Source: a virus
Reading direction: 5' to 3' (one strand)
IMG/VR virus record: IMGVR_UViG_3300045988_144944
Length of the DNA stretch: 43,243 bases
A program made the translations under genes and the position numbers. The notes below the pieces were generated by a model, which searched no databases, was not told the DNA's origin, and worked only from the letters and a program-made list of their open reading frames with translations. Each line of letters opens with the position of its first letter. Within the stretch, counting starts at the first letter, position 1. Shown here in pieces: positions 19,660 to 28,021 of the stretch.

Positions 19660-21349
19660 ATAATTTATTTGAAATAATATTTATTTTCTCGTTAAATGGT
19701 ATCTCTGTACCAAATTCAATGATGTTTATATTTTCCCTTTCAAATCTACGAATAAAATTTGAAAAATTAATTTTCACTTTTAATTCATCCTCGCTTATTA
19801 ACCCTTTAGAATACAGATCAACAACTTCATTTCTCGTTAAATGTCTGTAAGGCTCTAATTCTGCCAACAAAATCATTCTTTGTAATTGTGTAGGGTTATT
19901 CCGGTATTCCGTTTCAATGATTTGGTTGTGAAGCAAATCAAGTTCTCCTTCGCTTGAACCACTATCCTTTGCAACCTTATATCTTTGTCTCAACTCGTTT
20001 GCATCGTATATATAAAATTCAGTTCCTAAGTTGATTTTAGCCGAAATAAACGAGTTTCCATACCTCAACCTACATATTGTTTCGTCAACGAATTGTTGTG
20101 CCTTCTCAAAGCCTTTTTTAACTCTATTAAGTACGGTTGTTTGACTTTCAAAGTTAGCTTTTATTTGTTGCTCATTTAAAGCATCACGAGTTGTAATTTC
20201 TTCGTTCGTTCCAACAATTGAAGTAATTATATCATCCCGCAATCTTTTAACCTCTGAAACGTTGTAATCAAGGCTGCTTCTGTCAACAGAAAGCATTTGA
20301 ATAGGGTTTTTTAAGTCTGGTTGATCGTCTCCCGGAATAGGTATTTGAACAAAAGAACCTGCCCCTATAATAGGCTTATGCCCGCATTTCGGGCAAGGAA
20401 TTAAAATACCTGCTTGATCGACTTTGTAATAACCTTGTTTATCCTTTAGAAAGCCACCGTCGCAATAATCTTCATTATCCGCTTTATAATCGCAATTTTG
20501 TTCATATCCGGAGTATATAGGATAAGCTCCGTATAAATCAAGATGCCTTTTTGATAAATGGTAAAACAAATACCAATCTAAACTTTCCAACTCTTTGGTT
20601 AATGGTGACATCTTAATATCTGGCTCTCTAAGGTTAATTGGTTCATCCCAGAAGAAGCGGGCGGGACAATAACCTAAGTTATGCCTACTTTCTAACAACA
20701 ACTCTCCAATGTTTCCATTTCTTTCCTGAAAGATATAGTAACTTAGATCATCAATAACAGCGATTTTGTCTCCATTTTGACGGAAAATGATATAATTCAT
20801 TATGCCGTTATCTTTTGCGGAATAGGTTATAACGCTTTCTATTGGTAGCCAATAAAAATAGGGTTCAGGATATTTTTCTTCACTTCCTTTCAAAGGCATA
20901 TCAACAATTAAAACGCTGTTTATTTCGCTTTTGAAAAATTCCCAACCTTTTGTACTCCAAATTTCAGGCTCTTTCAATACTTCTTGCCTGTACCATTCCC
21001 AATCATCCCGTTGTTCATTGTTCAAGAATTGGTAATTAAATGCGGGATTTCTGCCTTCAAAAATTCTGCTAAGTTTATCAAAACAAATTCCCGTTATCTC
21101 GTTGGTTTTTACGGGATAACGGAAAAGTGTTTTAAATACCTTGAACTTATCTTGCGGAATTAAATTAGAAACAAAATTCAGAAAATCGGTAGTAGGTAAA
21201 CACATTTGAGGCGTTAAGTTCGTCTGTACATGGAACTTTATCCTATTTTGGTGATAAATAGCTCTATTTATTACCTGCCTTTTTCGATTTTCCCTTATTA
21301 TTTCGGGTATTTTGTTTAATTCTAATACCATTTGTAAGATCAAATTCAA
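19631..21349 (-). CDS. Portal protein (putative)
   Basis: 572 aa, the largest head-module ORF between terminase and capsid. The call rests on size and position. The start is uncertain because it overlaps the upstream 72-aa ORF. Confidence 0.55.
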   Translation of the reverse strand: MNLILQMVLELNKIPEIIRENRKRQVINRAIYHQNRIKFHVQTNLTPQMCLPTTDFLNFVSNLIPQDKFKVFKTLFRYPVKTNEITGICFDKLSRIFEGRNPAFNYQFLNNEQRDDWEWYRQEVLKEPEIWSTKGWEFFKSEINSVLIVDMPLKGSEEKYPEPYFYWLPIESVITYSAKDNGIMNYIIFRQNGDKIAVIDDLSYYIFQERNGNIGELLLESRHNLGYCPARFFWDEPINLREPDIKMSPLTKELESLDWYLFYHLSKRHLDLYGAYPIYSGYEQNCDYKADNEDYCDGGFLKDKQGYYKVDQAGILIPCPKCGHKPIIGAGSFVQIPIPGDDQPDLKNPIQMLSVDRSSLDYNVSEVKRLRDDIITSIVGTNEEITTRDALNEQQIKANFESQTTVLNRVKKGFEKAQQFVDETICRLRYGNSFISAKINLGTEFYIYDANELRQRYKVAKDSGSSEGELDLLHNQIIETEYRNNPTQLQRMILLAELEPYRHLTRNEVVDLYSKGLISEDELKVKINFSNFIRRFERENINIIEFGTEIPFNEKINIISNKLFDYARENKN

Positions 21350-21482
21350 AGTTACTATTTTCGGGTAATTTCCACCCGCCGTTAAATTTCATCCTCAACA
21401 GATTTTCTGCATGGCTTATTTCAAAATCTTGCTTTAAATTGTGCTCCTCACAAATCAAAGTCACATTCGTTGTTTTAGCCAT
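21264..21482 (-). CDS. Hypothetical small protein
   Basis: 72-aa ORF. Its last roughly 28 codons (a basic, low-complexity tail) overlap the predicted portal N-terminus. Confidence 0.4.
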   Translation of the reverse strand: MAKTTNVTLICEEHNLKQDFEISHAENLLRMKFNGGWKLPENSNFEFDLTNGIRIKQNTRNNKGKSKKAGNK

Positions 21483-21493
21483 TTTACCACTTT

Positions 21494-22144
21494 TTAAGCC
21501 GGTACTAAATCTGTAAGAGGGTTAAAATTCGGAACAATAATAGCCAAATCATCAGACCAATTAGGCAAGAAAGACCATTGAATTGCGTTGCTGTCCGGAG
21601 CTTCAAGCCCACCGAGCGTTTTATCCCCAATAAACAAAGATCGAATGGGTATAGGATAAAATTTTGTTTCCGTTGTTTCATCCTGAATTGCGCCAATAGC
21701 TCCATTTTCATCGAAAAGATATACACCCAAGTTATCTCCCCAACTTTCACATTGCAATTCTTTTATTACCTTGATAACAGATTGCGGAGTTTTTCTGAAA
21801 ACACCGGTAAAAGGCGTCGGTTCTCTACCAACAATCTCCTCAACTCCACCAACAGTATCATTTCCCCCACCAAATGTTCTTGCTGCTCCGCCTTCTGCCG
21901 TTGGCGCATTGATATAAGGAGAAATAACAACCTTTGTTCCGTCATTCGCTGCTAACAAGCTTGTCCAAGTTGCCAAGACTTTGATGTCTTTTGTAGTTTC
22001 AGCGGCACTGTCAAAAAAATTCTTCGTGCCTTTATCCTTTGTTAAACGTTGAAATGCGACCTTCTGTATCTGTCCAAATGTTTCTGTACAAACAACATTT
22101 GGTATTGTCGGAATAGAAGCCGCCGCTGGACATTTACAAATCAT
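21494..22144 (-). CDS. Putative abundant virion protein (possibly tail-tube-like)
   Basis: 216 aa, preceded by a 260-bp AT-rich gap. GC and codon usage resemble the capsid gene. No motif was confidently recognised. Confidence 0.35.
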   Translation of the reverse strand: MICKCPAAASIPTIPNVVCTETFGQIQKVAFQRLTKDKGTKNFFDSAAETTKDIKVLATWTSLLAANDGTKVVISPYINAPTAEGGAARTFGGGNDTVGGVEEIVGREPTPFTGVFRKTPQSVIKVIKELQCESWGDNLGVYLFDENGAIGAIQDETTETKFYPIPIRSLFIGDKTLGGLEAPDSNAIQWSFLPNWSDDLAIIVPNFNPLTDLVPA

Positions 22145-22271
22145 AATCTTAAATTTTAATGTTAGAAATAATTTTACTTTGATTTAGTGTACCCCTTACT
22201 ATTTGCAAACTTACTATTTTCATTCATAAAAACAAAAATAAACACCTAAAATTTCCATTATCAATATATTA

Positions 22272-22308
22272 TAAAAAATATGTGCCTATCTTCCCAGACA
22301 GACACATA
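22272..22308 (-). terminator. Possible intrinsic terminator
   Basis: Minus strand reads TATGTGTC-(14 nt)-GGCACATA, an 8-bp stem including one G:U pair, followed by TTTTTTAT. The large loop lowers confidence. Confidence 0.35.
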
Positions 22309-22407
22309 AAAAGCATTTTATATTTAGGTTAGTCATTCTTGCAAACGTACAATCTAATAATCTCTATATGGTCAAAAAGAAATATAAAATGCTATTCGTT
22401 TATCAAA

Positions 22408-22710
22408 CTAATAATTCGCTATTCTTTGTTTAGTATTTGCTACAAAAGTTTTATTTGAACCTTTGATATTGATTTCTCCCAAGTTCTCCCAATCTCCATT
22501 TGCCCATGTCTTTGTTATACAAGAGCCTTTATATTTATCAAGATTGGCTTTAATGAGTTTCTTTGCCGTTGCAAGGGAGTAAAATGTAAATGTATCTTTC
22601 CATTCCTCACATTCAACATCACATTCCCACTTTCCCAACTCTTTGTTAAATCTATCTCCTATATAAGTGATCCTTATAGGTTCAGTAAAATAAACTGTAT
22701 ATTGTTTCAT
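22408..22710 (-). CDS. Hypothetical protein
   Basis: 100-aa ORF, the second gene after cassette B. Confidence 0.5.
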   Translation of the reverse strand: MKQYTVYFTEPIRITYIGDRFNKELGKWECDVECEEWKDTFTFYSLATAKKLIKANLDKYKGSCITKTWANGDWENLGEINIKGSNKTFVANTKQRIANY

Positions 22711-22716
22711 TGTCTT

Positions 22717-23001
22717 TTAAAATTCGATATTATTTTCAATAGCTGCACAAGCGATAACCCAAACTTGTTTGTCAGAAACAAAAGCAACTTGCCTATTGTA
22801 AGGGTTCATTTTGCTATCTATTGTTTTAGCTACATTCGAAGCGAAAACATTTAATTTTATTACGCTATCTAAAAGAGTTGATAACTTGTTGAATGCTATT
22901 TCAAAAAATGATCTATTATTTACATCTGTGTTAGCATACAATTTAATTTCATTTGCCAAATTTTGCGCTCTCTTGTAATCTTCAGTTCCTTTCGTAATCA
23001 T
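22717..23001 (-). CDS. Hypothetical protein (start revised to the ATG at 23001)
   Basis: The track ORF starts at a TTG (23043) that is the last 3 nt of the -7 promoter box. The first ATG is residue 15 (MITKG...), about 40 nt downstream of the box. Confidence 0.5.
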   Translation of the reverse strand: MITKGTEDYKRAQNLANEIKLYANTDVNNRSFFEIAFNKLSTLLDSVIKLNVFASNVAKTIDSKMNPYNRQVAFVSDKQVWVIACAAIENNIEF

Positions 23002-23027
23002 ATCTTTATTTTTTATTGTTATTGTTT

Positions 23028-23222
23028 TATTTTGATATGACAAATATACAGCTTATTTTTATTCTACCAAAAGAATAGCTTATTATTTAGTATCAATTAA
23101 CAAAAAGTTTTGCTTGGGGGGGGCAAAAGTTATTATTTTGATCGAATTTTCGATTTAAGGAACTTTCTTCAGACTGCTTGGCATCTTATCCAAAAGAAAA
23201 AGAAAGTGCCGGAAATAGGCTA
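23028..23222 (-). repeat. Intergenic cassette copy B (read-through-type upstream end, gatac patch allele)
   Basis: It aligns base for base with 36046-36240 except for the 5-nt patch and two SNPs. It contains the TAG stop codon of terL at 23220-23222. Confidence 0.9.
23041..23071 (-). promoter_or_regulatory. Bacteroidetes-type promoter (TTTG-N19-TATATTTG) driving the structural/lysis unit
   Basis: Plus caaa at 23068-23071 is the -33 TTTG. Plus caaatata at 23041-23048 is the -7 TATATTTG. The spacer is 19 nt. Confidence 0.75.
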
Positions 23223-24791
23223 ATTTATTCTCTTTATACCTCTACGCTCTCTCCCGTATGGATATATATTATTATCTGCTATTTCTTTTTCATATATGCC
23301 TGTTAGCCCGTCTTCCGGGTCATCGTGCTTATTAGCTTTAAAATCCCTTAGAAACGTTGTTACATGCTCGTAAAAGGTCTTAAATCTCGTTTCCCAACCG
23401 AAAGGCATAATTATATATTGGTTAACCATTGCCGAGCTTGTTATTATCCTGCTCTCTTTATTTCCCTTTTGATAAAAAGGACAAGTCAATGATTTTATTT
23501 TCCTTTTGATAACCTTTTCAAAGCCACTCCCGCCGTTATTACTTTCAACCCATGTTTTTTGCACTCCATTCCTGTTGATTAAGTTAGGTATAGTTACTGT
23601 TGTTATCTCTGTACTTTCATCTGTCATTTCTATATCTGTTATCAAAGCAAATAACAAAGGCTCAAATTTTTTCTTCCTCTCATTGTACACAGAATTCTCC
23701 GACATATATATGTCATAAGTAGCGGCAAATAATAAATCATTCCCTTCATCCGCAACATCAATATAACAACCTGTACGAATGTATTTGCCAAAATCATTTT
23801 TATCTATCCACGTTTTAAAAGGTTGATATAACCTTCCTTCTGTTGAGCCGGGATTACCTTGAAACAGACACTGAAATTGTATAGGGTCTAACAATCGATG
23901 ACTTTCCAATTTCTTTTTACTGTGCCTTTCTTCCCACAATGCCTCACCTTCTTCTCTTGGGTCTATTTCCGTTTTTTCCCCAGATTTAAGACCTTCAAAA
24001 TTTATTCTAACCCATGCCCCCTCCGGAATATCATTTATATCGCCCCAACTTTTTATATCAATTATCTTTTCGCCGCTTTTTTCTATACGCCCAATAAGAT
24101 CATCTTCGTTCCAACGAGTAAAAACTATAAGCTCTTGGCTATTATTATGCAACCTTGCCCGAACAACCGATGTGTACCACTTCCACGCTGCATCTCTAAT
24201 AATTGGGCTATTACCTTCGGAATAATCTTTATAAACATCATCTAATATCGAAATATCAACTGTTTTCGAAGTCAATGCACCACCTCTACCAACAACACGT
24301 AAAGAACCTTTATGTCCTACTATTTCGATAACATCGCTATTTCTCAAATAATTATTTGCAAGTGTAACGACATTTGAGCCATTCAAATAAGTTTCTGGAA
24401 AAACTTTTCTATATCTGTCAGTATCGATTATCCTCTGAACATCTCGGTTAAAATCTCTCGCTATTGTTGCGGCATAGGAACATATACAAATTTTCAAGTC
24501 AGGGTTTATTCCCAATAAAAAGGCAGGCAATTTTCTACTTGAACCTTCCGATTTTCCATGCTGCGGAGGCTGCTGTACGATCATCTTTTTTATTTTGCCA
24601 TGTGCAAACAAGTCTAATAGTTTATAATATACCTCGTGAAAAGGTTTAACTTCCATTTCTGGAGACATATAACGAGAAAACGATAAAAGTCGCTTTCTCG
24701 CCGCACTTAATATCAACTTTTCAGGATCATTTTTAACCCTATCATAAATATTTATATATTCCTTTTTATGTCCCATTTTTAAGATTTTCAA
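23220..24791 (-). CDS. terL: Terminase large subunit
   Basis: 523 aa with a Walker A-like QQPPQHGKSE and a Walker B-like VDISILDDVY, followed by a C-terminal nuclease-sized domain. It lies downstream of a TerS-like ORF. Confidence 0.8.
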   Translation of the reverse strand: MKILKMGHKKEYINIYDRVKNDPEKLILSAARKRLLSFSRYMSPEMEVKPFHEVYYKLLDLFAHGKIKKMIVQQPPQHGKSEGSSRKLPAFLLGINPDLKICICSYAATIARDFNRDVQRIIDTDRYRKVFPETYLNGSNVVTLANNYLRNSDVIEIVGHKGSLRVVGRGGALTSKTVDISILDDVYKDYSEGNSPIIRDAAWKWYTSVVRARLHNNSQELIVFTRWNEDDLIGRIEKSGEKIIDIKSWGDINDIPEGAWVRINFEGLKSGEKTEIDPREEGEALWEERHSKKKLESHRLLDPIQFQCLFQGNPGSTEGRLYQPFKTWIDKNDFGKYIRTGCYIDVADEGNDLLFAATYDIYMSENSVYNERKKKFEPLLFALITDIEMTDESTEITTVTIPNLINRNGVQKTWVESNNGGSGFEKVIKRKIKSLTCPFYQKGNKESRIITSSAMVNQYIIMPFGWETRFKTFYEHVTTFLRDFKANKHDDPEDGLTGIYEKEIADNNIYPYGRERRGIKRIN

Positions 24792-24841
24792 AAATTCGGC
24801 AAAAAAATTCCCGAGTCGATAAAAAAAGTTATGTTCTATTT

Positions 24842-25054
24842 TTAAGATTTTCTACTCTTAAAGTGATTGCATGCCTTTTTATCTCTCAAAATATAAAATT
24901 CGCTATAATCACAAGTTAGGCATATAGGGTCTCCTTTGTAATCTATGTTGGAAAATTCATTTACAAAAGTACCGTTCTCACACTCTTTACAAAAATGTCC
25001 TTCCCATGCAGGTTTTTCGATTTTTTTATTCTGTTTTTTCGCCATTATCTCCAT
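24842..25054 (-). CDS. Small Cys-rich (zinc-ribbon-like) protein
   Basis: 70 aa with CKEC...CLTC...C..H. It sits between terS and terL. The start is ambiguous (M1 or M4). Confidence 0.5.
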   Translation of the reverse strand: MEIMAKKQNKKIEKPAWEGHFCKECENGTFVNEFSNIDYKGDPICLTCDYSEFYILRDKKACNHFKSRKS

Positions 25055-25574
25055 TCTTTAAGGCTTCAAGCCTTTTTTGTTCTACATTCTGCAACTCATC
25101 CGTTATTTTAAACAAAACATCATCTGGTAAGTCGTCAAAGCTGTATATAGGTGCATCATTTTCTTCTTTTATCTCTTTTGTTTCTATTTTCTGCATGTTT
25201 TTCCACTTATACGGAGCGACATTTGTTAAAGCAAATATCAAAGCCCCGGTATCCGGCTGAATGTGCTTAACCTTTGATTTTTGGCTTTTAATTTTCGGAT
25301 TTCCGTTTGCATCGCTTACGTACTCCGTTTCTGTTTCTGTTACCTCATAACCCATTGCACGTTTCCACAATGTAGCCTCCAACTTTCCGGTTATCGTCGC
25401 TTGAAACTCTTCCTTTGCTTTTTTAATACGTTCCGAAAATTCCGGCTTTGCCTTTATCCAGTCGTGAAACGTACTATCTCCAATGCCAACTTTTTTGCAC
25501 GCTAATTTTTGACTATCCCCGTCCCGGATAAATCCGCAAATCGCCTCTACCGTCTGTTTATTATACTTTGCCAT
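25026..25574 (-). CDS. terS: Terminase small subunit (putative)
   Basis: 182 aa. The N-terminal HTH-like KVGIGDSTFHDWIKAKPEFSERIKKAKEE is typical of TerS proteins. It lies just upstream of terL. Confidence 0.65.
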   Translation of the reverse strand: MAKYNKQTVEAICGFIRDGDSQKLACKKVGIGDSTFHDWIKAKPEFSERIKKAKEEFQATITGKLEATLWKRAMGYEVTETETEYVSDANGNPKIKSQKSKVKHIQPDTGALIFALTNVAPYKWKNMQKIETKEIKEENDAPIYSFDDLPDDVLFKITDELQNVEQKRLEALKNGDNGEKTE

Positions 25575-25575
25575 A

Positions 25576-26790
25576 TCATCCTATTTTTACGGCTTTACGC
25601 CCGGTTAATGTTTCCCAACGGTTAATAATCACGTCGCAATAATGCTCTGTTAATTCCATCATGTAGCATTTACGGTTTAATTGTTCGCACGCAATTAGTG
25701 TTGAACCACTACCACCAAATAAATCTAAACAGCTTTCGCTTCCCGGGTTATGGGTTAATGCTGTTGCTATTAATTCTATAGGTTTCATAGTTGGGTGTAA
25801 ATCGCTCTTTTTCGGTCTTTTTATATCCCATACATTTGTAATTGTTCTATTATCGGTAAAATCAATTCCGCTTTCTACCCATCCGAACCATATTGGCTCA
25901 TATTTATTTTGGTATTTACCTCTTCCCAATGTAAATTGGTCTTTGTTCCATATAATTGTTGTTGAATTGTGTAGTAATTTGTCTGCTTCAACAAACATCA
26001 AACGCCCATCTTCTCCTTGCCCTGCACACATATATACACATCCCTTGCAAAATATTTTTATATTGTTTATAAATTTGTTACAGAACTCAATAAAAGATGA
26101 TTTGTCCATATTATCATTTTCTATTTCTCTGACTTTAAATTTTTTGTGCTTTATATTTCCGTAATTTATATTATATGGAGGGTCTGTAAATACCATATCT
26201 GCTTTACATCCATTCATAAGATTTAAAACATCATCTTTGTTTGTACTATCCCCACACATGAGTCGGTGTTCTCCCAACTTCCATATTTCGCCCCGCTTTA
26301 CTCTTGGTTTAAGTTTTTCCGGTTCATTGTAATTATCTTCTTCCGCTTTCTTTCCCGGTGCCTCATTAAACCATCCTTTCGGGGTTTCGATATTCCACGC
26401 CCTTATTTCATCTTTACTCCAATCCTTTGCAAGTTTTTCCCAATCTGTTTGTCCGGTGCTTTCATTATCCAACAACGCCATACGTCGTAATTTCTCAACC
26501 GGGGTATCTTCCGGCAAAGCAATAATTGGCACCTCCTTACGTTTCAAAGCCCTTTGTGCTTCTAAACGTCTATTACCACCTATAACGACGTAACGACCTT
26601 TATAGGGAAAACACAACGCCGCACGTGCAATTGTCATTTCCGGCAAATCCTCAATACTCTTTTCCAAATTACGCTGCTTTGCATCCTCTCTCGTTCTCGG
26701 ATTTTCCGGAACGCCGGGTATTTGTCCCTCGTTGTACTCTAATAATTCTATCGGTACAAACTGAATCTGAATTTCATTGTTATTTTTCAT
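25576..26790 (-). CDS. ParB-like nuclease domain fused to an N6A/N4C DNA methyltransferase
   Basis: The N-terminus (VVIGGNRRLEA) is ParB/Srx-like. It is followed by motif IV VFTDPPYNINYG and a C-terminal motif I DLFGGSGSTLIACEQL. The start is placed at the ATG at 26790 (MKNNNEIQ...), preceded by GAAAGGA. Confidence 0.85.
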   Translation of the reverse strand: MKNNNEIQIQFVPIELLEYNEGQIPGVPENPRTREDAKQRNLEKSIEDLPEMTIARAALCFPYKGRYVVIGGNRRLEAQRALKRKEVPIIALPEDTPVEKLRRMALLDNESTGQTDWEKLAKDWSKDEIRAWNIETPKGWFNEAPGKKAEEDNYNEPEKLKPRVKRGEIWKLGEHRLMCGDSTNKDDVLNLMNGCKADMVFTDPPYNINYGNIKHKKFKVREIENDNMDKSSFIEFCNKFINNIKIFCKGCVYMCAGQGEDGRLMFVEADKLLHNSTTIIWNKDQFTLGRGKYQNKYEPIWFGWVESGIDFTDNRTITNVWDIKRPKKSDLHPTMKPIELIATALTHNPGSESCLDLFGGSGSTLIACEQLNRKCYMMELTEHYCDVIINRWETLTGRKAVKIG

Positions 26791-26812
26791 AAATTTCCTT
26801 TCTACGTGGTTT

Positions 26813-28021
26813 TTATTCCTCGGCGGTCTGTCTTTCCTGCCATTGATTGCACGCAATACAACTGCAATGACTCATTCTGTTTTGCTCGTTGCAAAATCCG
26901 TCGCCATCCCTATCTTCATTTACAAAGTTACTGCAATTCCCACAAACCGTGATTTCCGGTTCCTTGTGCGGGTGTTTACGCATGAACTCCGGGTTTTTCT
27001 CCCTGCCTGCAATTTTATTGTATGCCATTTCCAACAATTCCTTTTGGCTATAACCGAACAATGCTGCGATATGGAACAAAACGGCGTTCATGTCTGCCAA
27101 TTCGTCTATTATTTCCGTCATATCGTCCGGCATTATCCCGTTTACCAACATATCATCAGCAACAACAAACAATTCGTGGTATTCCTCGGTTAATTTGGAA
27201 AATCTGCTTTGTATGTTCTTTCCGAAAAGATTATTCATTTTTGCAAACAATCTTTTTTCGCTAAAACTTAATACGGGGTTGTTTTCTTCCTTTTCTTCAA
27301 ATTCTTCTACAAATGTTTTGTAGTCCATTTTCCCAAATCGTCCATCCGGGAACCTTACAACCGCCCATCTTTCCGGAACGCTCATAATAACGCCATTTTC
27401 TGTTATGAAAGAATATAAACCAATTCCGCCGGGCTTTCTTGGTATCTCCATTGTTCCGCCTCCGGTAAAATCAATCAGTCTTTCGATATTATCCCGTGAA
27501 ACGGGAACGGCTCTAACCTCTAACAATCTGCGGCAATACAAATATCCGGCTTTCTCGTTCGGTTCTCTCTTATCCGCACGTACTTCGTTTGGCAAATTTT
27601 CCGCACCTCTTTCGTACTCAACAAAGAATGTCGCCCCACGCAAAAATATTTGTTCCCAGATATGTTCAACGGCTCGCACTCTCATTCCATAACGACCAAT
27701 AACCGCATCAATTGCGGCTTTTACAATATATTCGTCTTTGTCGTCAACATACATTTTCATTTCAAACAATTCTGCCTTTTCTGTTATTTCCGGTTCATGC
27801 CCGGTAACGCTCTTTATCATCAGAATTGTTTCCGCATCAAACGGGGTTAATTTACTTTCTTTCATCGCTCTTTTGTTTTTTATATAATAACCATTATTTG
27901 CCGGAATTACGCAATCATCACAAATTCCGATCGAACCAAACTCCGAAAGTTTATCTAATATCTCACCTCTACTAATTTCTATTATCTTAAAGCCTTTTTC
28001 ATTTTCAAATATCTTTGCCAT
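26813..28021 (-). CDS. Multidomain protein: unknown N-terminal region, MazG-like NTP pyrophosphohydrolase domain and a Cys-rich C-terminus
   Basis: LTEEYHEL ... IIDELADMNAVLFHIAALFG ... AYNKIAGRE matches the all-alpha MazG EExxE / ExxD pattern. The C-terminus reads CGNC...FCNE...CSCIACNQW. An AAGGAG lies 7 nt upstream of the ATG. Confidence 0.55.
   Translation of the reverse strand: MAKIFENEKGFKIIEISRGEILDKLSEFGSIGICDDCVIPANNGYYIKNKRAMKESKLTPFDAETILMIKSVTGHEPEITEKAELFEMKMYVDDKDEYIVKAAIDAVIGRYGMRVRAVEHIWEQIFLRGATFFVEYERGAENLPNEVRADKREPNEKAGYLYCRRLLEVRAVPVSRDNIERLIDFTGGGTMEIPRKPGGIGLYSFITENGVIMSVPERWAVVRFPDGRFGKMDYKTFVEEFEEKEENNPVLSFSEKRLFAKMNNLFGKNIQSRFSKLTEEYHELFVVADDMLVNGIMPDDMTEIIDELADMNAVLFHIAALFGYSQKELLEMAYNKIAGREKNPEFMRKHPHKEPEITVCGNCSNFVNEDRDGDGFCNEQNRMSHCSCIACNQWQERQTAEE

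Noticed and set aside
23116-23123. G-quadruplex formation by the G8 tract, or by GGGTGGGTGGG (minus strand) near 28100
   Set aside because: The cassette has only a single G-run. The 28100 site has three close G3 runs, but the fourth is more than 20 nt away, so neither fits a canonical four-run G4 motif.
23028-23222. The cassette as a MITE or other transposable element
   Set aside because: No terminal inverted repeats or target-site duplications were seen. All copies share the same orientation and sit exactly at operon boundaries. The element ends in a functional-looking promoter.
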